A stretch of DNA of 42,403 bases, taken from contig JAHFJU010000005.1 in NCBI GenBank assembly GCA_023245725.1, positions 1 to 42,403 of the forward strand. Reading direction: 5' to 3'. Numbering within the stretch: the stretch's first letter is position 1; every line of letters begins with the position of its first letter. Below the pieces are notes generated by a model, which was given only the letters and a program-made list of their open reading frames with translations, was not told the origin of the DNA and did not search any database. Source of the stretch: Candidatus Peregrinibacteria bacterium. Its GTDB lineage: Bacteria; Patescibacteriota; Gracilibacteria; UBA1369; UM-FILTER-53-11. This document shows positions 8,490 to 17,667 of the stretch, in pieces. A program made the translations under genes and the position numbers.

Positions 8490-9084
8490 GAAAACTCAAA
8501 CAACATCAAGCGCAGAGTCGATTGAAAAATCACGACCACAACTCGAAAAAAATGTGCGCTCTTTAATTGAGGCGATCGGCGAAAACAATTCACGAGAAGG
8601 ATTACAAGACACACCGCGCCGTGTAGTCGACGCTCTTTCAAAAATTTTTAGCGGATACGGACAAGATCCCAAAAAAATAGCTACGACATTCAATGCAGAA
8701 AACTACGACGAAATGATTGTGATGAAAGACATAGAATTTTACAGTTCATGCGAACACCACATGTTACCTTTTTTCGGAAAAGCCTACATCGGCTACATTC
8801 CGAATAAAAAAATAATCGGCCTTTCGAAAATTCCGCGCGTGGTCGATATTTTCGCTCGCAGACTACAAAATCAGGAACGCCTAACTATGGAAATCGCCGA
8901 GACTCTTCGTGAGTTAATAGACCCGCGCGGCGTTGGAGTGGTTATTGAGGCCGAACATTTGTGCGTAAAATCGCGTGGCGTAGAAAAGCAAAACGCAAAA
9001 GTCGTGACATCTGCAATGCTTGGATTATTTAAGAAAAAACTCAACACGCGCAACGAATTTCTAAGGCTCATTAATCACGCATAA
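8476..9084 (+). CDS. folE: GTP cyclohydrolase I
   Basis: Motifs seen: LQDTPRRVVDAL, SSCEHHMLPFFGKAYIGYIP, IGLSKIPRVVDIFARRLQNQERLT. The ATG at 8476 overlaps the pdxT 3' end by 14 nt. Confidence 0.9.
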   Translation: MQKNKKTQTTSSAESIEKSRPQLEKNVRSLIEAIGENNSREGLQDTPRRVVDALSKIFSGYGQDPKKIATTFNAENYDEMIVMKDIEFYSSCEHHMLPFFGKAYIGYIPNKKIIGLSKIPRVVDIFARRLQNQERLTMEIAETLRELIDPRGVGVVIEAEHLCVKSRGVEKQNAKVVTSAMLGLFKKKLNTRNEFLRLINHA

Positions 9085-9102
9085 TAGCTATCTGCAAAAG
9101 CC

Positions 9103-9708
9103 ATGCTGCCAAAATCTATTCAAAAAGTAGTGGAAAATTTAAGCAAACTTCCGGGAATTGGCAAAAAAACCGCGCAACGGTATGCCTATTTTTTGTTACG
9201 TTCTCACAAAGGTCTCGCGCGCGAACTTGGCGACTCACTAATGAAAATGGGCGAGGAAATGCAGCTATGCACAGAATGCTACCTTCTTAGCGACAGCGCG
9301 CTTTGTATAATCTGCAAAAACATGCACCGCGAAAAATCGCTTATTTGCGTTGTAGAAAGCGTATTCGATGCAGAAGCTATTGAACGCTCAGGGGAGTTTA
9401 AAGGAGTCTATCATGTTCTTCACGGACGAATTTCTCCGCTTGAAGGAACAATGCCCGACGACTTAAAAATTCCCGAACTTATTTCGCGAATTGAAAAGAA
9501 AATTCTAGAGAATGAACCGCTCGAAATTATTCTTGCCACGAATCCGTCGAGCGAAGGCGAGGCGACCGCAATTTATTTGCATCAACTTCTAAAACCGCTT
9601 GGCGTTTCTGTCACACGAATTGCAACTGGAATTCCAATCGGCGCAGATCTTGAGTACGCCGACGAAGTGACACTTGCGCGCGCTATGAAGGGCAGGCATT
9701 TGTTTTAA
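9103..9708 (+). CDS. recR: recombination protein RecR
   Basis: LPGIGKKTAQRYAYFLL is the helix-hairpin-helix. A four-Cys zinc finger follows (CTECYLLSDSALCIIC), then a Toprim-like C-terminus (ILATNPSSEGEATA). Confidence 0.92.
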   Translation: MLPKSIQKVVENLSKLPGIGKKTAQRYAYFLLRSHKGLARELGDSLMKMGEEMQLCTECYLLSDSALCIICKNMHREKSLICVVESVFDAEAIERSGEFKGVYHVLHGRISPLEGTMPDDLKIPELISRIEKKILENEPLEIILATNPSSEGEATAIYLHQLLKPLGVSVTRIATGIPIGADLEYADEVTLARAMKGRHLF

Positions 9709-10652
9709 TTCACCGCAAATATTCTAACGCGTGCCCCGCCTGAGCCGGCTAATAACGTACGTAGAAAGTTTTCAGTATTGGCATGATTATCAGTTTGATC
9801 ATTTTCGACCATGCTCTCGACTAAATCAAAATCATTATGTAACGAATCTAACATTTTAGTTGTATCGCCATATTTAAGAGCCTCAATAAAAAAATCAGTC
9901 TTGTGAATATTAAACCCACAATTAAAAAGATTCAGACTTTTATAAGCATCTTCTGTAAACGTCTCAACACCGGTTTGAATAACAGCGCAATCAAGAAACT
10001 CTGCAGCAGAATTAAGAGGAGTTAGAACTTCACCAAAGTGCGTCGACAACTGAGTGCCTCCATTTATAAAGAAAGAAACGTCCATACCAATGAGTCGCGC
10101 AATTTCAAAGAGTACACAACGTGGAGCATGACAGCGCTCGACATCGGTAATATTGCCAGTGTCTACAGTGCAACAATTCACGCCGTATGCACTTACAAGT
10201 ATCTTTAATGCCGCAGCAGCATCGCTTGAACCACCACCAAGCCCTGAACACATCGGAATGTTTTTCGTAATAGAAAAGTGTCCGTAGACTCTTTTATCAA
10301 ACTTCTCCTCGAAAAGTTTTATGGCTTTTACAAGAGTGTTATTTTCATTAAATTTAAGTAGAGGATTCGTAGAGAAAAAAGTTACATTCTGATTATTGCC
10401 AGCTTGATCCGACGAATTTACCTCTGTCGAATTCACATGATTTATGGCCTTTTCAAATGTAATCACATCAAAAAGCGAAGGAATCTCGTGCACTACCGAT
10501 TGGATTTCATGATATCCAGACTCCGTTTTTTTCAACACATCTAGAGTCAAATTAACCTTTGCAGAAGCCAGAATAGAATAAACACCCGCATCGTTTAATT
10601 TTCCAATAGCATGTCGAATATCTGACAGTTGAGAGGTTATATTTTTATGCAT
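9705..10652 (-). CDS. ispE: 4-diphosphocytidyl-2-C-methyl-D-erythritol kinase
   Basis: AKVNLTLDVLKK...GYHEIQSVV, plus the GHMP-kinase loop IPMCSGLGGGSSDAAAALK. It lies in the MEP operon. Confidence 0.85.
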   Translation of the reverse strand: MHKNITSQLSDIRHAIGKLNDAGVYSILASAKVNLTLDVLKKTESGYHEIQSVVHEIPSLFDVITFEKAINHVNSTEVNSSDQAGNNQNVTFFSTNPLLKFNENNTLVKAIKLFEEKFDKRVYGHFSITKNIPMCSGLGGGSSDAAAALKILVSAYGVNCCTVDTGNITDVERCHAPRCVLFEIARLIGMDVSFFINGGTQLSTHFGEVLTPLNSAAEFLDCAVIQTGVETFTEDAYKSLNLFNCGFNIHKTDFFIEALKYGDTTKMLDSLHNDFDLVESMVENDQTDNHANTENFLRTLLAGSGGARVRIFAVN

Positions 10653-11820
10653 GTCGAAGAAGTATTGAAGCTATACATTTTAGTGCTTTGCCTTTCCCAA
10701 ATTCGGAGTGATTTTTGCCGGTCGTTGCCGTAATACCAATCCTCTCGACAGGAAGCTCAAGAATTTTTGATAGCGAATCTCTCATCGCAGCAGCATGTAC
10801 ATCTATTTTAGGGTAGCTGCCCTCTAAACTTAATGACAGGTGTGCAACTCTCAAAAAAACTTTCTTTGATTTTTTCATAATCACCTTTAAATATTGCGCG
10901 CTGTCTGTAATGCCATCTTCACACATTGCGGTCGCAAATGTTCCAAGCGACCCACCACCTAGTGCGCTAGAAAGCGCATTTGCAATTGAGTGCACTACAA
11001 CATCGCCGTCAGAATCCGCATCAAACGCAAATTCAGATTCAATTTTTACCCCTCCAAGAACAAGAGGTTTTTGGCTTTCTATAAGCGTATGGCTATCTTC
11101 ACCGAGGCCGATTGCGGTTATTAGCCCGTTAAGCATATCGAGATCAGCCTTCGAAGTGATTTTTCTATTGTACTCATTTGCCAGTACGACAACCGTTTTC
11201 TTTCCAGTAAATTGAACCACTGCAATATCGTCGGTAAAAACTTTTTGAGTCTTTCCAAGAGTATCGATCAACTCAACAATCTCGTTATACTCTAAAGCAT
11301 TTACGGCCTGCGGAGTCTCCATTTCAAAAACATTGATTCGCGGAATATCGTCTTCGACTAAAAACGATCCATTTCCAATTTCGGCTACAATTTTTTTCAA
11401 ACTCGACGCGACAGGACGACCAACGCCTGCACCAACAACTCCTCTTACACAAGCCTTAATACAGCGACCAATCTCATCTTCAGACGAAAGAGGATTCGCC
11501 CCATTTAGCATCACAAAAATATCACGTTTTGTAATATGATTTTTATCGTAAACATGACGTGTTAGTTTAAGCGAAGTTTCAAATCGAGTGTTTCCACCAA
11601 CGATTATAGTAAACGGTTTCGTGAGCCGTTTTGTACACAATTCTTCAATTCTAGTTTTATCACCAGCCCTACACGCAACATGAACCGAGTTGATTCTCGT
11701 GGTTGCCTCACACAAAATAAGCACATGCTCAATAACTGTCATTCCCCACAACGGCGCGAAAATTTTATTTTCGCCAAATCGAGAAGAGGAGCCGGCAGCA
11801 AGAATGAGTGCGTAATTCAT
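10645..11820 (-). CDS. ispDF: bifunctional IspD/IspF (MEP cytidylyltransferase / MEcPP synthase)
   Basis: The N-terminus ILAAGSSSRFG matches IspD. The C-terminus GLGEDSHTL, SDGDVVVHSIANALSSALG matches IspF. Confidence 0.88.
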   Translation of the reverse strand: MNYALILAAGSSSRFGENKIFAPLWGMTVIEHVLILCEATTRINSVHVACRAGDKTRIEELCTKRLTKPFTIIVGGNTRFETSLKLTRHVYDKNHITKRDIFVMLNGANPLSSEDEIGRCIKACVRGVVGAGVGRPVASSLKKIVAEIGNGSFLVEDDIPRINVFEMETPQAVNALEYNEIVELIDTLGKTQKVFTDDIAVVQFTGKKTVVVLANEYNRKITSKADLDMLNGLITAIGLGEDSHTLIESQKPLVLGGVKIESEFAFDADSDGDVVVHSIANALSSALGGGSLGTFATAMCEDGITDSAQYLKVIMKKSKKVFLRVAHLSLSLEGSYPKIDVHAAAMRDSLSKILELPVERIGITATTGKNHSEFGKGKALKCIASILLRHA

Positions 11821-12899
11821 GTAAGAAGATTAATAAAAGGAATCGCTCCATTTAAAAAATTATTAACCGCTAATTCGTTCTTGGCGCAGAATTCAGCACA
11901 AGCAACATCGCCACGGGGAGCAAGCTCAATCGAGTGAGAAATCGCGGGAAAAACGCCATTGTCGACATATTTAAAATCAACATTCGCCATATCATCGATA
12001 ATTATAGGCAACTGCGGAGCGTACTGCTCAACCGATACGCCGTCAGCCATTACGGTAAGTGCATAGGTAATTGCAGAACGCATATCAGGCGGATACACTA
12101 CCCACTTTTTCTCTCCATTTAGAAATTCGACGCCAGCATGCACATAACTTTTTCGATCAACGAGAACATTTATTTTAGAAACGGAAATATTAAAAAACCG
12201 AGCACATTCTATTACCTCAAACGCCTTGTTTACCAAAGTCGCGCTATCGATAGAAATCTTTTTTCCCATTTTCCAAGTAGGGTGATTAAGTGCTTGTTCA
12301 CGGCTTACAACCGCCAACTGTTCACGAGAAAAACCGAAAAAAGGCCCTCCGGACGCAGTGATAGTAACCGACTTCAATTCGTTAATTTTCCTATAACACA
12401 AAAAAGGAATTACCGACTGGCCACTGATAATTCTGCAATTACATTCTCCGCCCACTAGATTTTCACACCTCAACAGTTGCCACAAGCCACACGCCTCGGA
12501 ATCTAGCGGCACAATTTTTGCCCCCCTTTCATTTGCCAATTTCATAAACTCAACTCCTCTCATAACCATAGATTCTTTGTTCGCCAAGAATACGGTTTTC
12601 CCTGACTCAATTGCCGCCTTCGTAAGTTCAACGCCAGCAGTTCCAGAAATTGCATTAACAACATATTCAACATCATCATTATTAACAAAATCGCACATTT
12701 TTTTAACAGGATTTTCATCCGACGAAACGCACAATGAATACCGCGGCCTCCACTCACGCTGCTGCTCTTCAAACAGCTTTTGCGGCTTATTACAGACCAA
12801 ACCCACAACATCATAAATATCCTCTAAAAATCGCAGACACTGAAGCACCTGCGTTCCTACCGAACCGGTTGATCCAAAAATGGCAATCTTCTTTCTCAT
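11817..12899 (-). CDS. dxr: 1-deoxy-D-xylulose 5-phosphate reductoisomerase
   Basis: Motifs seen: KIAIFGSTGSVGTQ, LANKESMV, PLDSE, ITASGGPF, HPTWKMGKKISIDSATLVNKAFEVIE. Confidence 0.92.
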   Translation of the reverse strand: MRKKIAIFGSTGSVGTQVLQCLRFLEDIYDVVGLVCNKPQKLFEEQQREWRPRYSLCVSSDENPVKKMCDFVNNDDVEYVVNAISGTAGVELTKAAIESGKTVFLANKESMVMRGVEFMKLANERGAKIVPLDSEACGLWQLLRCENLVGGECNCRIISGQSVIPFLCYRKINELKSVTITASGGPFFGFSREQLAVVSREQALNHPTWKMGKKISIDSATLVNKAFEVIECARFFNISVSKINVLVDRKSYVHAGVEFLNGEKKWVVYPPDMRSAITYALTVMADGVSVEQYAPQLPIIIDDMANVDFKYVDNGVFPAISHSIELAPRGDVACAEFCAKNELAVNNFLNGAIPFINLLT

Positions 12900-12901
12900 A
12901 T

Positions 12902-14140
12902 TTATTTCGTAGAAGAAGTTAAAAAATACAAATCGAGCATGCTCAAAAAATCCGCCTCAATTTGATCGACTGTACCTATCAACGTTCGCGCGACATTACC
13001 ATCTATAAAAACAATCGCGCGCGGCTCTTCACTTCTTCCGGGAAAACTTAGAGCTATGTCGGCATTCCGAGATTCTCCCGGACCGTTTACCACACACCCC
13101 ATTACCGCAATTTTCTTCTCGCACGCGCGCGAATCGATTTTTTTCCATACCTCAATTCGCGACGATACAAATTCATTCACGCGTGAAACAACGCGCTGAA
13201 ATGCCAAATTCTCCGCGCGCCCACATCCGGGACAACTCGTAACACGTGGAATAAAATCCACGAGCCCCAATGACTGCAAAATTGCGCGCGCAACATCAAT
13301 TTCTTGAGTGCGTTTAGTAGATTGCGTAGGCGTAAGCGAAACTCGAATTGTGTCTCCAATGCCGCCTGCAAGAATCTTCGACATCGCAACCGTACTTGAA
13401 ACAATCGCCGGAACAGCAACTCCGGCCTCGGTAAGCCCGATATGCAAAGGATAGCTGCACAAAGCAGCCAAACGACGATTCACCTCAACACACGTCGCGA
13501 CATCAGACGCCTTAATACTAACAATAATTTTATCTCCACAAAGCCCCAAATCGCACGCCCTAGTAGCCGACGAAAGAGCACTTTCAACAAGCGAATTTAT
13601 ATATACATCACGAGCAGAAATAGGATTTTTCAGCCCAGCGTTAGTCGCCATATTTCGTGTCAACAACTCAGAATCGAGCGACCCGCCGTTTACGCCGATA
13701 CGTATTGGCTTATCGAATTCACGTGCAATCGAAATAATCTCACTAAAATTTTTGTCATGCAAAATTCCACCACCGACGTTCCCTGGGTTAATCCTATATT
13801 TATCAAGAGCTACCGCACACGCAACGTACTTCTTTAACAGTACATGCCCGTTATAATGAAAATCCCCAACGATTGGTGCTGTGCAGCCACTGTCTCGAAT
13901 CCTCTTAATTATTTCAGGAACAGCTAAAGCAGCAGCGTCGTTATTTACAGTACAGCGAACAATTTCAGAACCAGCTTGCGCAAGCTCAATTATTTGTGCA
14001 GTTGTCGCAGCAATATCGGCGGTATCGGTGTTAGTCATCGACTGAACACGAATTGGAAACTTAGAACCAATACCGACTGTGCCCACGAAAACCGAATGTG
14101 TAGTTCGGCGTATAGAGTGAGTCATATCTCGAGTTGCCAT
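12902..14140 (-). CDS. ispG: 4-hydroxy-3-methylbut-2-enyl diphosphate synthase
   Basis: Motifs seen: PIRVQSMTNTDT, RINPGNVG, CPGCGR, VMGCVVNGPGE. The start may instead be the ATG at 14125, because the -10 candidate overlaps the ATG at 14140. Confidence 0.9.
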   Translation of the reverse strand: MATRDMTHSIRRTTHSVFVGTVGIGSKFPIRVQSMTNTDTADIAATTAQIIELAQAGSEIVRCTVNNDAAALAVPEIIKRIRDSGCTAPIVGDFHYNGHVLLKKYVACAVALDKYRINPGNVGGGILHDKNFSEIISIAREFDKPIRIGVNGGSLDSELLTRNMATNAGLKNPISARDVYINSLVESALSSATRACDLGLCGDKIIVSIKASDVATCVEVNRRLAALCSYPLHIGLTEAGVAVPAIVSSTVAMSKILAGGIGDTIRVSLTPTQSTKRTQEIDVARAILQSLGLVDFIPRVTSCPGCGRAENLAFQRVVSRVNEFVSSRIEVWKKIDSRACEKKIAVMGCVVNGPGESRNADIALSFPGRSEEPRAIVFIDGNVARTLIGTVDQIEADFLSMLDLYFLTSSTK

Positions 14141-14167
14141 ATTACGAACCGTTCAAAGAAGTGTCAA
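14139..14167 (-). promoter_or_regulatory. candidate MEP-operon promoter: TTGACA (complement of 14162-14167)-17 nt-TAATAT (complement of 14139-14144)
   Basis: Read on the minus strand. It sits back-to-back with the plus-strand TTGACT at 14176-14181. Confidence 0.45.
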
Positions 14168-14175
14168 ATAACTGG

Positions 14176-14205
14176 TTGACTTTGCCCTTTTAGATACCCT
14201 AATAT
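14176..14205 (+). promoter_or_regulatory. candidate infC promoter: TTGACT(14176-14181)-18 nt-TAATAT(14200-14205)
   Basis: Read directly from the sequence, in the divergent intergenic region 14141-14231. Confidence 0.45.
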
Positions 14206-14231
14206 TAAACATGAAACAGATTTAGTTCTTA

Positions 14232-14750
14232 ATTTTCACTTTTATCTCTAAATATTTCCGCCTCAACGATCGTATTCGCGCCCCAACTGTTCGTGTTATT
14301 GACGAGAAAGAAGAAATGATTGGCATAATGGCTATCGAAAAGGCTCTTGAGCTTGCCCGTTCGCAGGAGCTAGACCTTGTTGAAGTTGCTCCAAACGCGC
14401 GCCCTCCAGTTTGTAAGGTGCTAGATTTTGGTAAATTTTTATATAGACAAAAGAAACAGGAGCAGAAGCAGAAAAAAGGGACTAAACAAACCGAAGTAAA
14501 GTCGATTCGTATTTCTGTTCGTACCGACACACATGATCTCGAAGTTAAAGCGAATAAAATAAAGGATTTTGTCGAAAAACGAAACATGGTCAAGATTTCA
14601 CTTGTTATGCGTGGCCGTGAGCTGAGCCATCTCGACCTCGGATTTGAGAAAATAAAGAAGTTTGCAGAAATGCTAAAACCGTTTGCAAACCTTCAAGAAG
14701 GGCCGAAGAAACAGGGGAACACGATATTTTTGTTGGTTGCCCCACTGTAG
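14232..14750 (+). CDS. infC: translation initiation factor IF-3, probably with a non-AUG start (ATT 14232 or ATC 14244)
   Basis: The first ATG, at 14316, falls after the conserved N-terminal motif. The in-frame upstream sequence ISKYFRLNDRIRAPTVRVIDEKEE matches the IF-3 N-terminus. The frame opens after the TAG at 14223-14225 and contains no ATG/GTG/TTG before 14316. Confidence 0.85.
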   Translation: MFTFISKYFRLNDRIRAPTVRVIDEKEEMIGIMAIEKALELARSQELDLVEVAPNARPPVCKVLDFGKFLYRQKKQEQKQKKGTKQTEVKSIRISVRTDTHDLEVKANKIKDFVEKRNMVKISLVMRGRELSHLDLGFEKIKKFAEMLKPFANLQEGPKKQGNTIFLLVAPL

Positions 14751-14912
14751 AGAATTCCAATTATAAAATTCTACCTTTTCCACTTTTCTCAATCTATTAA
14801 TTTTCACAACTTTAAACTTCTAATCGCGCTTGAAAGTCTGTTATTATCTTTTGTTATTGCCTTTTTTAAGGCTCTTGTATAAAATCACAGCGCCCTAACT
14901 TCAAACTATACT

Positions 14913-15104
14913 ATGAAGCAAAAATCACACAAAGGAGCGGCGAAGCGAACGCGCAAGACAGGCTCAGGCAAATTTACCTTTCAGAAAGCCTCAAAACGCC
15001 ACCTCTTGACCCACAAGAGCAAACGTCAAAAGAAGCTCGATCGAACACGACTTGAGGTTCATTCAACCGATACGTACCGACTAGCAAGACTATTGCCTAA
15101 TTAA
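14913..15104 (+). CDS. rpmI: 50S ribosomal protein L35
   Basis: A 63-aa basic protein, KSHKGAAKRTRKTGSGKF...KRHLL, in the infC-rpmI-rplT context. Confidence 0.9.
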   Translation: MKQKSHKGAAKRTRKTGSGKFTFQKASKRHLLTHKSKRQKKLDRTRLEVHSTDTYRLARLLPN

Positions 15105-15122
15105 CGATCTGGCGTGTTTTGC

Positions 15123-15147
15123 AAAGAAAGACCCGTTATCTTTCTTT
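15123..15147 (+). promoter_or_regulatory. perfect 9-bp hairpin (AAAGAAAGA / TCTTTCTTT, 7-nt loop) between rpmI and rplT
   Basis: Verified base by base (15123-15131 pairs with 15139-15147). No T-run follows, so it is not a classical terminator. Its function is unknown. Confidence 0.3.
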
Positions 15148-15193
15148 CAAATACAGCCAACTAACTCATTCCTATTCACTTAATCACTATTCT

Positions 15194-15541
15194 ATGAGAG
15201 TCAAAGGAGGCGTCATGACAAAAAAACGCCATAAGAAGATCCTCAAACGAGCAAAGGGTTTCCGCGACAAACGTTCAAACGTTTATAGCTTTGCCCGCCG
15301 CGCCGTATTGAAAGCAGGCCAAAACGCTTATGTAGGTCGAAAGATAAAAAAACGCGATTTCAGAACTCTTTGGATTGCACGTCTTACAGCAGCGCTAAAA
15401 CCACTTGGATTGCAATACAGCCGATTCATTTATATGGCTACTCGAAAGCAAATGCTCGTAAACCGAAAAATGCTTTCAGAATTGGCTATCAATGAGCCAA
15501 AAGTATTCGAACAAGTTGTAACATTCGTACAACAGAAATAA
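15194..15541 (+). CDS. rplT: 50S ribosomal protein L20
   Basis: MRVKGGVMTKKRHKKILKRAKGFRDKRSNVY matches the L20 N-terminus. The ORF-track extension from 15119 is not L20-like. Confidence 0.92.
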   Translation: MRVKGGVMTKKRHKKILKRAKGFRDKRSNVYSFARRAVLKAGQNAYVGRKIKKRDFRTLWIARLTAALKPLGLQYSRFIYMATRKQMLVNRKMLSELAINEPKVFEQVVTFVQQK

Positions 15542-15571
15542 TCCTTTACAGGATTTACTCGCCGAAATTAC

Positions 15572-15597
15572 AAAAGCCCCGTGAAAACGGGGTTTTT
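15572..15597 (+). terminator. rho-independent terminator after rplT
   Basis: AAAAGCCCCG-TGAAAA-CGGGGTTTTT: a GC stem (15577-15581 / 15588-15592) extended by A-T pairs and followed by a T5 run. Confidence 0.8.
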
Positions 15598-15692
15598 CTG
15601 TAACAAATACAATCAAGCTCTGTACTAATATACCGAATGGCGCTTATAGTGACGGCTATTATCGCCTTAATCTCACTAACTTTATATCTCTT

Positions 15693-16925
15693 ATGAAAAA
15701 ATTCATCTCTGTCATTACAGCTATTTTTGCTTCACTAAGTTTCTCTCTCACGGCGCTAGCGGCTCCAATTATTAACTCGGTTGGTGGCCAAATTTCAATT
15801 CCTCAAATTGATTATTCCGCAGCTATAGAAAGCGCAATTATGTCTAATTTAAGCTGTTCAATGAACGCGAGCATTAGGTTTGTCGATACCACTCACAACA
15901 CAGTTACCTACTCGATCGATTATACGAACAGCAATGACTACATCGTTAAAAAACCATACGGCATTCAGGCAGGAACTAATTTAGAACTTCTAATTAATGC
16001 AAAGGGTGAAGCGACTCTTGCGAAAGGAACAGCCAAAATGACATTACCAAGCGGAAAAACGGTCGGAACTTTTTCTGTTAATCCAAAGCTCGTTTCTACT
16101 GTTTCTTTTAATGGAAATATAAATGGCAAAAAATGTACATCTAGAGAGTTGAATGTATTGAAAACAAAGCCGTTTTCTATCTCTACATCGCTCACTCCTG
16201 ACCTTGGGAACATTCAGTTTAACGGAAATTCAGCAACAACAAACGTAGTACAAGTTCCGCAAGCAAGCGCAAATGCGAATTCAAACAGTGGAGTAGTGGC
16301 GGTTGATTCAAATGTAGTTTCTCCTGTTAATAACAATCAAACATGTAAGGTCATTGCAGAAGGAGCACTAAAAGGAACATCTGTTCTAATGGGTGCAGCT
16401 ATCGATTACGACGGATTCGATGCAAAATCGTTCTCATTTACACTTAGAGGATACAGCGAGAGCAAGCCAAACGACGTTCGCGAATACAATGGCAATCAAC
16501 AACTTTCTAACGGTCATAATTATTTACTAAATAGCGATCAAAGAGGATTTTTGTTCGAACTTCCTCTTTCAGATGTACCTGAAACATATGTAATTACCGC
16601 AACGCTTGGCGAAAAGACATGTGCTTTGGCATCGTTCGCAATTCCAAGCGCTACGGCACAGGTTCAAGCTCAAGACAGCGGCGCCGCAGGATCACCGGTA
16701 GTAAATAGCCAAGCTCAAGCAAACAGTACCGTAGAAGTATTCGGCAACAGCCCTCAAGATGCACAGACTGCGGCGCAACTTGCACTTGCCCAAAATGCAA
16801 CAAAATCTGGAGCGAAAGATTCAAACAGCTCGGCAATGTCTAACACATTATTAGTTTTAGGCGGAATTGCTCTAGCGGCAGCAGCTTTTGGACTTTACAA
16901 AAAATTTGGAGTAAAGAAGGCCTAA
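15693..16925 (+). CDS. secreted S/T/N/Q-rich surface protein with a C-terminal TM anchor
   Basis: The signal peptide is MKKFISVITAIFASLSFSLTALAAP. The C-terminus is LLVLGGIALAAAAFGLYKKFGVKKA (a hydrophobic helix plus a basic tail). No LPXTG motif is present. Confidence 0.7.
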   Translation: MKKFISVITAIFASLSFSLTALAAPIINSVGGQISIPQIDYSAAIESAIMSNLSCSMNASIRFVDTTHNTVTYSIDYTNSNDYIVKKPYGIQAGTNLELLINAKGEATLAKGTAKMTLPSGKTVGTFSVNPKLVSTVSFNGNINGKKCTSRELNVLKTKPFSISTSLTPDLGNIQFNGNSATTNVVQVPQASANANSNSGVVAVDSNVVSPVNNNQTCKVIAEGALKGTSVLMGAAIDYDGFDAKSFSFTLRGYSESKPNDVREYNGNQQLSNGHNYLLNSDQRGFLFELPLSDVPETYVITATLGEKTCALASFAIPSATAQVQAQDSGAAGSPVVNSQAQANSTVEVFGNSPQDAQTAAQLALAQNATKSGAKDSNSSAMSNTLLVLGGIALAAAAFGLYKKFGVKKA

Positions 16926-16970
16926 TATAATTAGGTATTTCCCGACAAACAGTGCGATGTGAACAATGAA

Positions 16971-17639
16971 TTACTCAACGATAGAAAGCTCAACCTTTAA
17001 AATTTTTACCGGAGTTCTAGGCTTATCATTACTGTCACGCTCGACGTTAGCGATTGCATCAACGACGTCGAGCCCTTCGTATGCCTGCCCAAAAATCGTG
17101 TAACCACCATCTAAAAATGGGGCTCCAGTTTTGTTCTGAACAATATAGAACTGGCTTGAAGCGGTATTAGGATTTGCCTTATTTGCCATAGCAACAGCTC
17201 CGTGAACATGATGAAGCGCAGGATTTACTTCTCCTTTTAATGTCGTACCTGGCCCTTTATATGTCTCTCCACCGCGACCATTACCCAGTGGATCTCCTCC
17301 TTGAATCATAAAACCCGGAATTACTCGATGAAATGTGAGGTTGTTGTAAAATCCTTTTTTTGAAAGTTCTTCGAAATTCTTTACTGTTTCAGGTGCATAT
17401 TCAGGGAAAAACTTGATTTTTATAGTGCCTTTAGAAGTTGTAAGAGTAGCTATATGTTGGCCTTTTACCGGCAAAGCGATCTGTTCGTTGTTAGACATTG
17501 AAGTAGTGGTGTTAGAGGCTGAATTAGAATTAGATGTAGAGGAGTTAGAAGCCGTGTCAGTGGTACCGCAGGCGGATAGAACCAGTGAAAGAGCGACAAA
17601 AAGTGATACAATACCAACATTAGGAGTTCGATTTTTCAT
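16971..17639 (-). CDS. cyclophilin-type peptidyl-prolyl cis-trans isomerase, lipoprotein
   Basis: The lipobox is LVLSACG. Other motifs are FHRVIPGFMIQGGDPLGNGRGGE and SQFYIV. TACAAT lies 6 nt upstream of the ATG. Confidence 0.9.
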   Translation of the reverse strand: MKNRTPNVGIVSLFVALSLVLSACGTTDTASNSSTSNSNSASNTTTSMSNNEQIALPVKGQHIATLTTSKGTIKIKFFPEYAPETVKNFEELSKKGFYNNLTFHRVIPGFMIQGGDPLGNGRGGETYKGPGTTLKGEVNPALHHVHGAVAMANKANPNTASSQFYIVQNKTGAPFLDGGYTIFGQAYEGLDVVDAIANVERDSNDKPRTPVKILKVELSIVE

Positions 17640-17667
17640 GGACGCATTGTATCAGTAGTTTCTCATT

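Noticed and set aside
14141-14231. A T-loop-like GGTTCG on the minus strand (complement of about 14145-14150), raising the possibility of a tRNA in the ispG-infC gap
   Set aside because: No acceptor, D or anticodon stems can be drawn around it. Two divergent promoters explain the region better.
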